Source: Vermamoeba vermiformis (Eukaryota). From it: a stretch of 64,000 bases of DNA. The translations under genes and the position numbers were made by a program. The stretch is taken from contig JBEWZL010000166.1 of the NCBI GenBank assembly GCA_045837725.1, forward strand, positions 310,001-374,000. The letters run 5' to 3'. Numbering within the stretch: position 1 is the first letter of the stretch; each line of letters begins with the position of its first letter. Below the pieces are notes generated by a model. It was not told the origin of the DNA. It saw only the letters and a program-made list of their open reading frames with translations, and ran no database searches. This document shows positions 38,354-54,260 of the stretch, one piece after another.

Positions 38354-40964
38354 TTAATCGTCCTCCTCTTTGTCAAGATCGGAGTAAATCTTGCACTTTG
38401 GAGGCAAGTTCTGCGGCACCTCCGTCAAAGGATTTTTGGTTACGTTCAGCAACGTTAGCTTCGTCAATGCTGACAAATCAGGCAACGAACTCAGTTGATT
38501 GCCATATACGAAGATAGACTCTACATCGACCAGCTTATTCAACTCCGCAGGCAATGAATTCAACTTGTTACTCGCCACATCCACTCGCGTCAACTTTGTC
38601 AAGTTTCCGAAGCTTGATGGAATGCTAGTGATTTCATTTCTATCCAAGAAGAGCTCCTCCAAGTTCGTCAAATTGCCAATGGAATCAGGCACGGACTTCA
38701 ACTCGTTGCAACTCAAAGTCAACTTCTTCAAGTTGGTGAGATTGCCGATAGACTCGGGCAATGCTGTATTGCACGGAGTTAGACCAGACTTGCAGCCATT
38801 GATATGTTATTATCGACGTACCTTCTATTTTGTTTCCATGGAAGCCGAGCTCCTCGAGTGAAGTAAAGAGTCCGATAGCTTCGTCAAGAGTACCTGCGAG
38901 TCTATTGGCTTGCAGGTTAAGCTTCTTCAAGTTCTTAAATGAAGCCAATTCCACGGGCAACGAGGTGAGTCTGTTGTCGCACAACTCGACTTCGGTAATG
39001 TCCTCGAGCGTGAACAGCGTAGGGTGCAACTTTTGGGCCTTGCAGTGAGACATATTGATAACATTCTTCGCTCTAAAGTCCTCCAATTGCTTCTCCGATG
39101 GCTCCCAGTTCTCAACGCCAATCTCATCAGCAATGCGTTGCTTCTCTTGACGCTCTTCCTCTGCAGCCTTCCTCTCCTCGACAGCGGTTTTGAACTTGCC
39201 TGTCTTGTCGTGATCGACCATGTAGTACTCCACGTAGATATCTAAGCGCTTATCTCCTTTAAGTTTATCAAGAAGAGCTTGCAAATATTGCTCGTCGTTT
39301 GTAATCTCGTAAAGTGCGGCTTGACACGCGTCACGAAGTTGTTCGTTTTGCAAACCATCGTGCAATGCCTTGAGAGCCTCCTCGTTATCTACGAAAGAGC
39401 GTGTTAAAACAATGCTCAAGTACTATTTGCACGAACTAACATACCCTTGAAAGCGACCAAAGCCAAGCAAGCTTCAGAATACAACCTGTCCTTGCCGATG
39501 GACATGAAGATCTCGTCATCGCTGTCACTATCCTCGCCACCTTGCGGAGCATCATAAGCGCTTGAGAGCAAGTTCAACAAGAGTTTAACACCGCGAGGAT
39601 CACCGAGTTTTCCAATAGCCTCGAGGAATGTGCATTGGGAACATTTGAACCTGCACAACAAGTTAGACTTTGTTCGCGTAATAACTTTTTTGAGTGCTTA
39701 CGTCTTGAGGCAGTAATCTTTGCAAGAATTCAAAAGCACGTGGGTGTTTGATGCCAGCCAAAGCACTAGCGGCACCCTTGACAGTGCACACGCTCTGATG
39801 ATTTCTTAAGAGTTCTATTAACAGGTCTGCAATATATTCATCGGTGGCAGCACGTTTTTCCAACAACTCGAATGACTTGGTCTCTGGAGGTCCGTGGTAG
39901 TGGTGCCAGCAGACTGCGGCCAAGAACTCGCTTGCCTTCGGCGAGGGGTCATTAGCAAGTTTTGTCTCGACACAGCCAAGTGCGGTTTCGTAGTTGAGCT
40001 CTTGTACGATTGCAGCGGTTTCGTCATTGTACTGGATGTGCTTGGCAAAACTAGGGATCCATGCGTAGAATTTATGCTTCTTCTTGAGTTCATCTTCTTT
40101 CTCAGTCTCGTGACGCTCTTTGTAGTATTTTGCCATCAACTCGTACGCAGGCGAGAAATTAGGCTGGATGTTGATAACTTGCTCGAGCTTCTTGAACGCG
40201 ACATCGTGTTGGTCTTGGCCCCAAAGACACTCAGCAGCTTTGAACAGCCATTTGGCATTATTGTCGGCCTGTTTAGCGAGAACAGTCAGTATGCTTCTTA
40301 AATTTTAGTACGCGTTCACATTACATGAAAATAATGAGAATAATCCGGAGCAAACTATTTGATGCATATCTACTATATAAACGTGATCACTTACGGCAAA
40401 CGCATCGTCGTAAAGCTGGATGGCGCTCTTAAAATCCTTCATGTCAAAGTAGCAAGCTGCCAATTGCGTGCGGAACTGTTCTTTGTATTCTGCGTCAGCT
40501 TCGTCGTCTCCAAGTGAATCAATAGCTGCTTTGTAAGCCTTAACTGCCCGTTCAAAGCGCTCCTTCTTCCAAGCTTCCTCTTCTTCGTCAGATTTGGTTT
40601 TAGTAGGGCCGTAGCAGACAGAATTTTTCTTGTAGATAACACCAGAACCTTCTTTGCCTTGTCGGTGAGCCAATTTTGCAATTTTCAGATTTAAATTGAT
40701 GTAAGCACCAACGACGTCGTCTGGAAATCTGCCATCAGCTGCCCTCTTTTGCTCCACGAGCGCCACGCCCTCAAGGTAGGCCTCGACTGCGCCATCAGCG
40801 TCGCCAAGAAAGTTTTTGAATTGACCAAGCACGTCGTAATGGTCTGACGTAAGTTCTGCGGGTGCATCTTGTTTCAGTTTGTCTACTAAGGTTTGTAATT
40901 CTGCCAAAGCCTCTTTAGGCTTGCCAGTTTGAAAAGTATTGATGATAGCGTCGAGAGGGTCCAT
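38354..40964 (-). CDS. TPR + HEAT/PBS-like + LRR repeat protein
   Basis: TPR-like helices (LAACYFDMKDFKSAIQLYDDAF); HEAT-like units (AASALAGIKHPRAFEFL, LEAIGKLGDPRGVKLL); LRRs (LPESIGNLTNLKKLTLSCNEL). Confidence 0.8.
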
Positions 40965-41506
40965 TTGTGGCACTTACAATGATACACTGAAGCAGAATAA
41001 AGGCAGAACATCGGTGTGAACTAGTGTGCCCTGGTAGGTCTGTAATTAGCCTCCGTTGATATGAACTGCACTTTGTATTTCTTTAAGAAAATTATTTAAA
41101 ATTTTTATTTACCCTTCGCGAGCCAAATTGAATCAAGGGTAGGTTTTGGATTTGATCGTTGGAGGTCTAAAAATATCTCCGTACTCCTTGTTCGACCCTA
41201 CCAACATCTACGCCTCCATATCATTATTGATGAAGCGCGTAGCTTCAGCCTGTAACTTGATTATTCAGGATCGGGTCCTGCTCATCGGTGAGTGCTCCGG
41301 TTGGACAATAAAACCGAGTCTACAAGGACAAACATAGCAAGACCCTTCGCAGTAATTAAATAATATGGAGATGTATTGCCTTATTAAGTAAAAACAGCAC
41401 AATCAGTCCGTCAGGGAGATAAAAGTAATTTTGCCGTTGTTAGGCATTCGAATTTTTCTTTTTACGCTCTGGAACACGTTAGTTCATATTTTAAACTAAA
41501 CAAATA

Positions 41507-43285
41507 ATGCGTTGTTGCGGTGCTGGAGGTCCTCAACCCGATAAAGAAGAGGTTAGGGCGAATAAGAACATTAGCAAGCAATTGAAAAAAGATCAAGAAG
41601 ACTTCGAAAATGAAATGAAGTTATTGTTGTTAGGTAATTATTATGGATTAAAATCGCGTATATAATACGTATAATTTATTATTTGAAACAATGCGCAATT
41701 TTCTCAACGAATGCTGCGCATCGTTTTATTAAATTATTGGTTATTGTTCCTCAACCTCCCTGATGCTTCAAATCAATAATATTCATATTATTATAGGCGC
41801 TGGCGAATCTGGAAAGAGTACCATTGCTAAGCAAATGAAAATTATTCACATGAACGGTTTTACAGATGACGAGCGAAACAGTTACAAGTCTCTTATTTTT
41901 AACAATACCTTCCATGGTATGAAGACTATGGTTACTGCTGCTCGTGATTTGGGCATTGAGATTAAAGAAGACAAAAATAAGGTAATTGGGTTATCTCCAG
42001 ACTCCGAGATTGCATCGAGATTACGGTCACGACGTAGTCTTGAAGGCCTGAAAGTTCGTGTTTCTTATACTATTTGCTCGTAGGAACTTGCCAATACCAT
42101 TCTTACAAACGAGAAATACTTCACCGGCGAGATCACTCCAGCCATCGCAGCAGATATCACATCTCTGTGGGGTGACGCTGGAATTAAAGCCACCTTTGCA
42201 AGATCGTCCGAATATCAACTTGGCGATTCTGCCGAATAGTAAGTTAATCCGTATTTAATTGTAGTAGCCGTTTGGAATTGTTTTCGTTTCATCCGAAATC
42301 CCAACCAATTTTTTTGTGTGTCTCTAATTAAAGCGCACAACGGCATTAAATTAATTCATGAATTGCAAATTGCTCATTTATTGGTTATTCGAGTACATAT
42401 TTGTTGCAATTATCCGCGCAGTTTCTAGATGCCACTCTGTTTTGAAAACTCGTTACTGGACGTTAATTAACCCGCTCTTTTATTCCCGCAGCTACATCGA
42501 AAACGTGCAGCGTCTTTCCGAGTCTGGATATGTTCCTAACGATCAAGACGTGCTCAGATCACGTGTAATGACCACTGGTATTATTGAAACCGCTTTTGAA
42601 GTCAACAAAACCAGGTTCAGGTACGTATTTGCTTCATCTAATAATTACATTTCTATATACAACCGATACTCATCGCGAGTAAAGACTAAAAAGAGATATT
42701 TTACTCATATTGCTGATTTTAGACTTGTGGATGTCGGTGGACAACGTAGCGAGCGTAAGAAATGGATGCACTGCTTCACTGATGTCGCTGCCGTCTTGTT
42801 CTGCGTGGCGTTGAGCGAATACGATTTGAAGTTGATTGAAGACAACAAGACACCGCGTATGAACGAGTCGCTCAAGCTCTTTGGTGAGATTTGCAACTCA
42901 AGATGGTTCGTGGAGACTTCAATGATTCTCTTCTTGAACAAGTCCGATCTCTTCAAGGAGAAGATCGAGAAGGTTCCTCTTAACGTTGCTTTCGCTGATT
43001 ATACTGGTAAGTCTTCTGCTTTAAATTCGGGTGCTACATCTGACCTACTTTTATTCCTTTTTGGGCTTGTAATCTAATGCGTATTTATCTCTAGGCAAGC
43101 AAACCTTCGAGGATACCACTGAGTTCATTAAGAAGAAGTTTGTTGATATGAATAAGGACACTAAGAAGATCATTTACTGCCACATTACTTGCGCTACAGA
43201 TACGAACAACGTCAAGGTCGTGTTTGAAGCAGTCAAGGATACTGTGCTCCAGAAGGCCCTTAAGGACTCTGGTCTTGGCCTCTAG
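41507..43285 (+). CDS. Heterotrimeric G-protein alpha subunit
   Basis: [47 protein letters not shown]. Confidence 0.97.
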
Positions 43286-44177
43286 ACCCGCCAAGTACTA
43301 GCCTTTCTTCGTTTCAAAAAAGAAAATCAAATCTCGGCCAAAACGCGATCGCGTTGAGGTTTTGAGACGGAGAATGGCTTTAATTTAATTTATTTATTAA
43401 TAGTCTTATATTTTTAACAATATCTTCTCGGTTGTAGTCGTCATAAGGCAGATTACAACCAACTTGTAACGTTTGTGTGTACCATAAAATGATTTTATTA
43501 ATAAATCCTTCTGTTGCGCGATGCTTGGTGCTTGCTGTACAATACCAAGGAACTAGGGTATTACCGCGTTGTCGGAAACAAGATGCAAGATGTGGCGGTT
43601 AGTCGCAGCCCGAGCTAAAATACAACTAATTATCCCATAAATAACCCCAAAACCCGTTTAATTTCTTTTTTGATTATGTTATCACCTCCAGTTAATGCAG
43701 GCGAGTAGCAAAAGAGATTATTTACGAATATTTTTGTGATAATTATTGTAGTGAATTATTTTATATTTAAATGTAGCGAGATACACCCACTAGTCTCGAT
43801 AGGTATTCGAAACAGTGGCATCATTACTCCTCGCGTTGATACAGGAACTTTCGACAATCCACGTTGCATTACCGCCCAATTGCTTGAGCGATTAGACATG
43901 GAAACCTAATCGGACTAGTGTCAACCACACTAGTGTCAGTAATGTAGACGTGTGGCCGATTTCGTCCATTCCGTAATGGGTGAATGCGAGCGATGCTGAA
44001 ATCCGGTTTTGTTTTCCTTCACGGCCCTGACTGTTATGGGAACGCTGTGGTAAACCAAATTTTGGCACATAATCTATTGTATTGACTTTACATACGAGGT
44101 AGAGCACAGCTTCTTCGTGATTTTAGAACCAGCAACGAAGATCCAAGCTCGATCACGCACGAATCTACACCTAAAAG

Positions 44178-46898
<2,721 letters not shown>

Positions 46899-47110
46899 AA
46901 CGTAAAGAAAAAAAGTCATTAATAACAATTTCAAAGCAATGCTTTTGTATTAGGACGTAGTAATCGCTTCACCCTAACAGTCAAGAATCTTTTTCAAACT
47001 ACAAGATCTACAAATGTGGTTTATTACTAAACAGAAAGAATAGCTTCAGGCTTAATATTTTACTTCATTACGACGCAGTTCCTGTATGAAACAAAGTTCA
47101 ATACTTAGTA

Positions 47111-48340
47111 TTAAGGGACATTTGTAATAGATTCTATTACTTCAAATGCGTTGCGATAACCTGGTGCCGCAAAGTCAATGGTGCGATCAATCTCATTGAT
47201 GCGTAATACATTTGTGGACGGCTCTCGATCTAGCTTGCTGAGTGGTAAAGGTCCTTTGTTGGCGAGGATCCGCTGTGCCGTCTCTTTAACGAACCTTCCA
47301 ACAGATGCTGTGTCCTTCATTTTATGCACTGCTTTATCCATCGACGTCATATCGTTGATCTTCAGCAAAGTACCAATGTCACCACCTGTCACAGTGTCAA
47401 CGCAAGTGTCAATTTCTGAAATCACTTCATCTCGCGTCAGTTGAGTCCATTGAGGTCCTGTCTGCCACGAGCCTTTGTTTCTGAGCCATTTTGGCGATTG
47501 TGGAGTGTTTGGCGACTCCTTATCGACCTCTAATTTATTTCGAAGAAATTGTTTGGCTTCATCGTTGGAAAAACCTCCTATTGAGAGCTTCTTAGGGTGT
47601 TCAGGACCTATATTTCAGATATTAGTATCTAATTATCGTTAAAAATGTATTTTTTTGTAATGTACCTAGTAGTATATCAGGGATATGAGTCGGTACAAAA
47701 ACGACCTTAATCCGATCTGCATTTTTGATTGCCCATTGTTTGAATTCTACTAATTTTTCGATATTAACACCATCATGGATGTTATCAATGATTAAGACGG
47801 GAATTTTGCCGTGTTTTCGTTTGAATTTATCCGCGGAGAACAAAAGCAGATCTCGTTGTCTTTTTTCTCTTTCTTCGGCCGCTAATACATTCATTAATAC
47901 AAATGGATATAGATAATACTAACTTACGTATATACTTGGCCGTTATTGCCTCCCAAAGAGTTTTTGTTCTGTCCAAAACACTATTGTCCATGAAAAATCG
48001 GAGATCTGTTGAAGACGAGTAACGAACGCCTGGTTGCTGAGCACTTTCCCTAGCAAGAACAGTCTTTCCGCAACGCTCTGTACCCCATACAATAGTATAG
48101 GGATGAGACGAGGTGTCTTCAGGAGAAAATTCTTGTCGGATCTGCTTGACGTCGTCGGTGTTTCTCTGAACGTAATATTTCATCGTAGTTTCTAATGGAA
48201 TCGCATAGCCCTTTTGAGGACCTTCAAATAGCCTTTGAGAGTTCCAATAGATTTTAGCGCTCGCTGTTCCTGCGCCAACGCCTAATGAAATTAAGAACCC
48301 GCCTAAAATTATAAATGGTCGTGTTTGTTCGGTGCTGAAC
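47111..48340 (-). CDS. Membrane-anchored P-loop ATPase (ATPase_2/AAA-like); start not resolved
   Basis: Hydrophobic FIILGGFLISLGVGAG; Walker A VWGTERCGKT; Walker B VLIIDNI. Confidence 0.65.
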
Positions 48341-48724
48341 TTATTTAATGGAGATACTAATTTTATCTATCCGATCCCTAAGTTCCTTATTAACTTATAG
48401 ATCCCGAGGTGGATAATTATCCTTAAACTGTTACGTACTGCGTAATTATGTTAGTAAAAATGGACAACGGAGCATTGCTAGAATTTTCCTTACATTAATA
48501 AAAAAAAAGGTATGGATGCGCTCCAAACGCGTTTTGTCGTAATTGAACCTTGCCCGTGAATCAGATTCATCGGTCCACTTACAAAATATTTTCTTAAAGG
48601 TTAACCCTATGGTTCGTGTTAGTCCGGATGTGTTGCTTGTTAGCAAAAATACTAAAAGTATCGCGGGAAGATTCTCGGTAAAAATCTTTGCTGGCGACTG
48701 TTGTGCTAATTTGATGTAAATAAT

Positions 48725-51496
48725 ATGGACGATGAAGCACCGAAGGCAGTGCCTCTATCAAGGGCCTCTGTCGTTGATTTTCTGCAGTCTTTCTTCGAAT
48801 CTCTTGATCAAAAGCAGATTGCGCAGCTAAACAGCTTAGTTGAGGAAGATGTGCTCGATCTTAGCAAGGAATTTCGATCAAGAACATTTGCTATCGTTCA
48901 TTTATTGCTACAGAACCCATTAACTCAAATGTTTTCGACGGCTGTGCCAAATCTGCAACAAAGTAGGTTAAAAAAATTCCGAAAATAATTTTATCGCTTT
49001 AAATATGAATAATTAGCCTTATTATACGATAAATATTATTTATTAAATATTTTGGCCGTGGTAGATTTTTGCAAAGAAATTTCACAAAGAATAAATAGCT
49101 CATCTACGATTGTAATAGTGATGAACGAGCATGGCGATGGATTTTTATTCTTATTCGATGCGAGGACACCGAATTACTTGGACGACAATATGGATTGGGC
49201 CATTGAAAAGCGGATGAACCTCAAATTAATTTTGCAACAAAATTCTGCGATCCAAGAGCCCAATGTCAATACGCCACAAATACAAAATAACAACAATGTA
49301 AATAATACGACCAATAAGAATATTAGTCCTGCTGATTTGAAGGCAACAACTGTCAATAATACTACTAGCTCAATCGTGTCCAATCATTATAAGCTCAAAA
49401 ATGCCAAAACTGACCAAGGTAGATATAATAATAATAAATTAATATAAAATTATTTAATTAACGAATTTTTAAAGGTATACCAGCAATGCGGAGGCAGACT
49501 TGGAAATCAGTTCAAACAGGGTACGACTTGATTTTTATTTATTCGCTTATTTTAAAATGCTTATTTTTAATATTAAATTAATTAAATATAGCTGGCAAAG
49601 ACACGAGTACAAAATATTCGAGACAGAAGTGTATTATAAGACTGATAATTCTGGCGCGTTAGTTCTTTGTCAAAGACGCAATTTGAGTTCAACACCAGTA
49701 TTGCTCCATTATTTCAGGTAAATATAATTGAATACAAATATGACGTCGTTTAGGCACCAGCGTTAATTTCAAAAGAAAATAAAAATAAAAAAATTAAGTT
49801 TTTTTGTAACAGAAAAGCGGATCAGCGCAAAAGGAAAATTGACGAGATTGGAAGCCCTGTAGCATCACCTTCACTTAAAAGAATTAAGATTGATGCGGAG
49901 AGCGATGATGAAGTGCAAAATAATCATAATAACAATAATAATGCGAATTATTTTCAACAACAAGCAAATTCGTTCAATAATAGTAACGCCATTCAAATTG
50001 ACAATAATATCAATGTAAATAATTTAATAGAGCCGAATAATAATATAGTAATGAACGACAATATTGCGAATAATAATCAACTCAATGGCGGATCTGGGTA
50101 CGCTCTAACAAGCAGCGGCAGTCTTGTTGCAACGAATACTAGCAATAATAATAACAATAGTATTGGATATCAATATGCTGAAGTCAACGAGTCTGCTGAT
50201 ACGTTGGATCTGGGTGCTACGTTTGATAATTTTATTTTCTCCGAGTAAGTTTACTTTTCCAAATATGGAAATAGTCTTCCTTTTATAGTACTAATTATTC
50301 GTTTGCAGTATTGTTCCTGTATCGCCCGTGCAAAATATTCCGATGCACAATGGATTTGATAATCCACAGAGTTCAATGCAGATCCGAGGTTACGCACCGG
50401 ATGCAGGTCCGCACACTGACTCGACACGCGTCATATTGGTACTCGATGAAATGTCACGTGCTCGTGTCAGAGGCAAGTTCTACGCTATATTTGACGGGAA
50501 CGAAATTGAAGCAAAGGTACGTGAAGTGTCATTTTTTTTTGACACGTGAAGAATATTTTCATGACACGTGTCAAAGACTGACTTGTATCGTGTCAATTAG
50601 ATTATAGTGCCAGGTGTCGTTGAATTTAATGCCCCGCCACATGCAGCAGGAATAATTCATTTCTTTTTGTTGTTCAAAGACGAGGCTGGACACGTGTCAT
50701 ACAGCAACTTTGTGCCATTTTGCTATCAACCTACTGATGGTAAGAGCAACCAATAGTTAATAATAGTATAATAGGTGTCGGCTATAATAGATATATAATA
50801 TTATTTAACAGGCAAACTATCACTGGCTTATTATTTCTTGTCGAAAAACATCGCATTCGAAGTGATGCCGCGGTTCAGATTTTGGGTCAAAGAACTGGAT
50901 CTGAGCAACAATAACTTAGAGTAAGCCCTATTAATATAATCTATACTTATAATAATGATTATATCTAATTATTTCGATGCTTGTAGTTCGATAACGTTCT
51001 TGGAAGGATTTTCAAGTTTAGAGACTTTGATATTAGACAGCAATCATCTGAATTCTAATTCAACATTTCCTAAAATGGAAAATCTCAAAACACTGAGCAT
51101 CAACGGCAATTTGCTCGTCAATATCGATAAATTGTTGGATCAGCTCGTGGAGGCCTGCCCGTCGTTAGAGTTCTTGAGTACGCTGAAAAATCCATGCAAT
51201 CCGTTCTTTAGCGAAAGAAAGCATCGATATTATAATTATAGGCAAGTATTTATTTCCTTTTCCTTACAGTCAAATTTTTAGTTCGATCCTGGATTCGAAC
51301 GCTGGACAGTCGACTCTTCAATCTTTATGTTATTAACCTTTTGCATATTAGGATCTATATTTTAAGCAGATTGAAGCACTTGAAGCAATTAGACTCGAGT
51401 TTGGTTCAAGAGAGCGAGATGCGGCATGCAACTTGGATCGACGAGACGGACACAGACAATCAGCCAATTGAAGGACAATTGTGGCGTATGGAATAA
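48725..51496 (+). CDS. CAMTA-like CG-1 + IPT/TIG protein with C-terminal LRRs
   Basis: GDGFLFLFDARTPNYLDDNMDW...PVLLHYF (CG-1-like); IRGYAPDAGP...FDGNEIEAK|IIVPGVVEFNAPPHAAG (TIG); LDLSNNNL, LETLILDSNHL and the LRR cap NPCNP...YRIYILSRLKHLKQLD. Confidence 0.65.
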
Positions 51497-51607
51497 ATAT
51501 GCCCTTTTAAACAGCAAAAGGAAGTGTTCTTAATCATATATTTATATTTTATTTGTCTTGGTAGGTAAGAAAAAATTATCTTTGCAAGATTTCGATCTAA
51601 TATTTCA

Positions 51608-54212
51608 TTAGACAGAACCAGAGACGCTAGATGCCAAGATTTCGTGCTTGTCAAGCTTAATGGGGCAACCAGAAATAGGGAAACGTAAGCTCATTGGTGA
51701 GCTGCTGTCAGTCAGACACACCACCGCGACGACCGATCTTCGGGCCTTTTCAATCGCAAAATCGAATGTGCCAAACGGAGTTTCATAATCTGCGCAGATT
51801 CAAGTTGGTGAGTATTTGTCCTCGTGCTAATATGTTACGTTACTTACTGAATGGAATTCCTTGGGCATACACGAGATTTCCATCCGGAGTTTGTTCGATG
51901 GTGTCCGTACGATTGATATAGATGCTATGGTAAGACTTCTCTGCTTTGGAGGCGAGAATCACGTCTAAATGGAGGTGCAGATTTTTGAATACTTGTTGGC
52001 GGTTAAGTATCTCCTTTGTTCGCTTGATGTCCAGGCGAGAATGGATTCTGATTTTATAACGATTGTTTTCAACATCAACACTCGCATAGAATACTAAAAT
52101 CGGTCAGCAAAAAGTCAAATCAATTTTTGACTTACGTTTAGCAAGGAGTACTCGAGCAGCGGTGGTGAATCGAGCTTTAAACTTTTCCATGTAAGCCGTA
52201 GTGTCTTGTTCCATTGCACTGAGCATTTTTTTGTCGATAGTGTCAAGTGGAATGGTTTTACGTAACTCGGGCGAGAATCTTAAGTAGTCTGTAATGGATC
52301 CTGGTTGCGACAAATGCTGTTCCAATCGCTGGTCAATTGCTTTGGAGTCTGTGACCAAGTCGATCAAACGGTTTATCCAGTAGAAGATCGAAATTGACGA
52401 GTTGACTTGGGCTTCGAATCAAGCCGGTTCCAAGTGACACCAAGACGTCTGGCAGGGACCAAAGACGTGTCGCTTCTTGCAGGCCGATGTCTGCAGGGTT
52501 GTTGGCCTTGATTCCTCCGTCCACAAAGATGTCTTGGCCGTTGTTGATTGGGTTGAAGTACAACGGGGCCGCTGACGAAGCTGCTGCTGCAAAGTGCAAA
52601 GGAAAGCCAAAAACGTAAGCGTAAGAGTTTTTCTTATCACGTGTTGGCGTGTAAGAGACGAATAAGGCAGTTTTCTGTTTGCTCTCAAGTGATGACACTG
52701 CCGCCACTTTTGGAGCATTTGTCATTGCCAAATTTGCCAAGTTTGTGTCACCGAACTGTTTCTTTAATTCCTCAATCAGGGTCGTCTTCGAGTAGCGTGC
52801 GTTGCCACCAAGAGCGAAAATCTGTCGGAAAAAGTTGGAAGTGAAGACTTTGTTGATCAGCGCAGTGTACGAGTCAGCAATATCTTGCACCGATTTTCCA
52901 GATCCAATGGCAAGACTGATGATACCACCAACACTAGTGCCGATGATGTAGTCGAACAATTCATTTGTCCTTGAATCACGTAAGTATGCATTCTAGTGTC
53001 TTTATAACTGTTAGCTTACTGAGCGCCTGTGAGTTCTTCCAATTTTTTCAGCATCTGAATGAGCACGAGACCGCGAACACCACCGCCATCGAGAGACAGC
53101 ACTCTTGGTGCAGCGCCTGCGGGGACCTTGGCGTTGTCGTCTGTGCAGAAGGATTGGTAAGTTCAACTGCATACCAGCTACAATCGGATGCGCTTACCGA
53201 TGAACTTCACGTCTTTTTTGTGGTACGGGCAGTGAATCTTTGCGTGTCCCTTGACGCACTTGTCGCAAAAGTAGTGGCTGCAGTCGTACAACATAAGGAC
53301 GTGTTGTTCAAAATTTTCTTGCTTCTCCTTTGATGGCTTATACGGGGCCAGGCAGAGACCGCAGTTCTTCTCCCAGTACTTGTATTCAAGCTTGCCCGTC
53401 GGGAGTGAATTTGCAGCTTGCATGCGTAAGTTAAACAACTCTTTTGGTGACGCCTAATATGAGTTAGTAAAGCTTGCGTTGCGTTAGGTGATGCGTCACC
53501 GACCTTCAAAACGATTTCTAAATAAGCCAGGATAAATCGCCGCACTTCATGGGAGTCGTCGGTGACTTGAATATCGGCAGAGCTGTAAGTGAACGTTTTG
53601 ATTTTCTTGAACAAGAATCTTAGGATGCTCGTTTTCTTGGTTGGGTTCTCGTACGTATGACAAGCATGAACGTTTCGATCTTGCATGCAACATCCATCCT
53701 TGTCATAACGCTCGCAAGGTTGCAAGTCTTCAAAGTACGATAGGAGGTTGTCGAAGTAGCCACTGAATAAGACCTTTTGAACATTTTCTTTCTGTTTGGA
53801 ATCATTAGTAATGCGACACACGAGCTCAACGGATAAATCTTACTGTGACATCATCGAGATTGTGATCTTTTAAGTCTTCACTGATCGCCAAGCAGTACAT
53901 TTCGAGAGCGAGTTTTCTGGCGTTTTTGTATCGTTTGATTCTGCTCTGCACGTAGTCCTTTACCGTCTCTCCTGACGGCTCTGGCATTGACTTGAAGATT
54001 TCGTGAAATAGCTTCAAACTATTTTAAGATGTAAGAAACTAGTTGAGTATAATCTAGAGTGGCGCTTACGCTGCGTTTTTTTTCGTGGAATCGCTCGGAA
54101 CGTTGACCCGAAAAAAAATGTCGGAGATGTTTATGGGAAGATCGTTATTGAGAGCTTCGATGACACGCTCGGTGACACGTACCACATAATTGTGTTGTTT
54201 TTTGGGTTGGGT

Positions 54213-54260
<48 letters not shown>

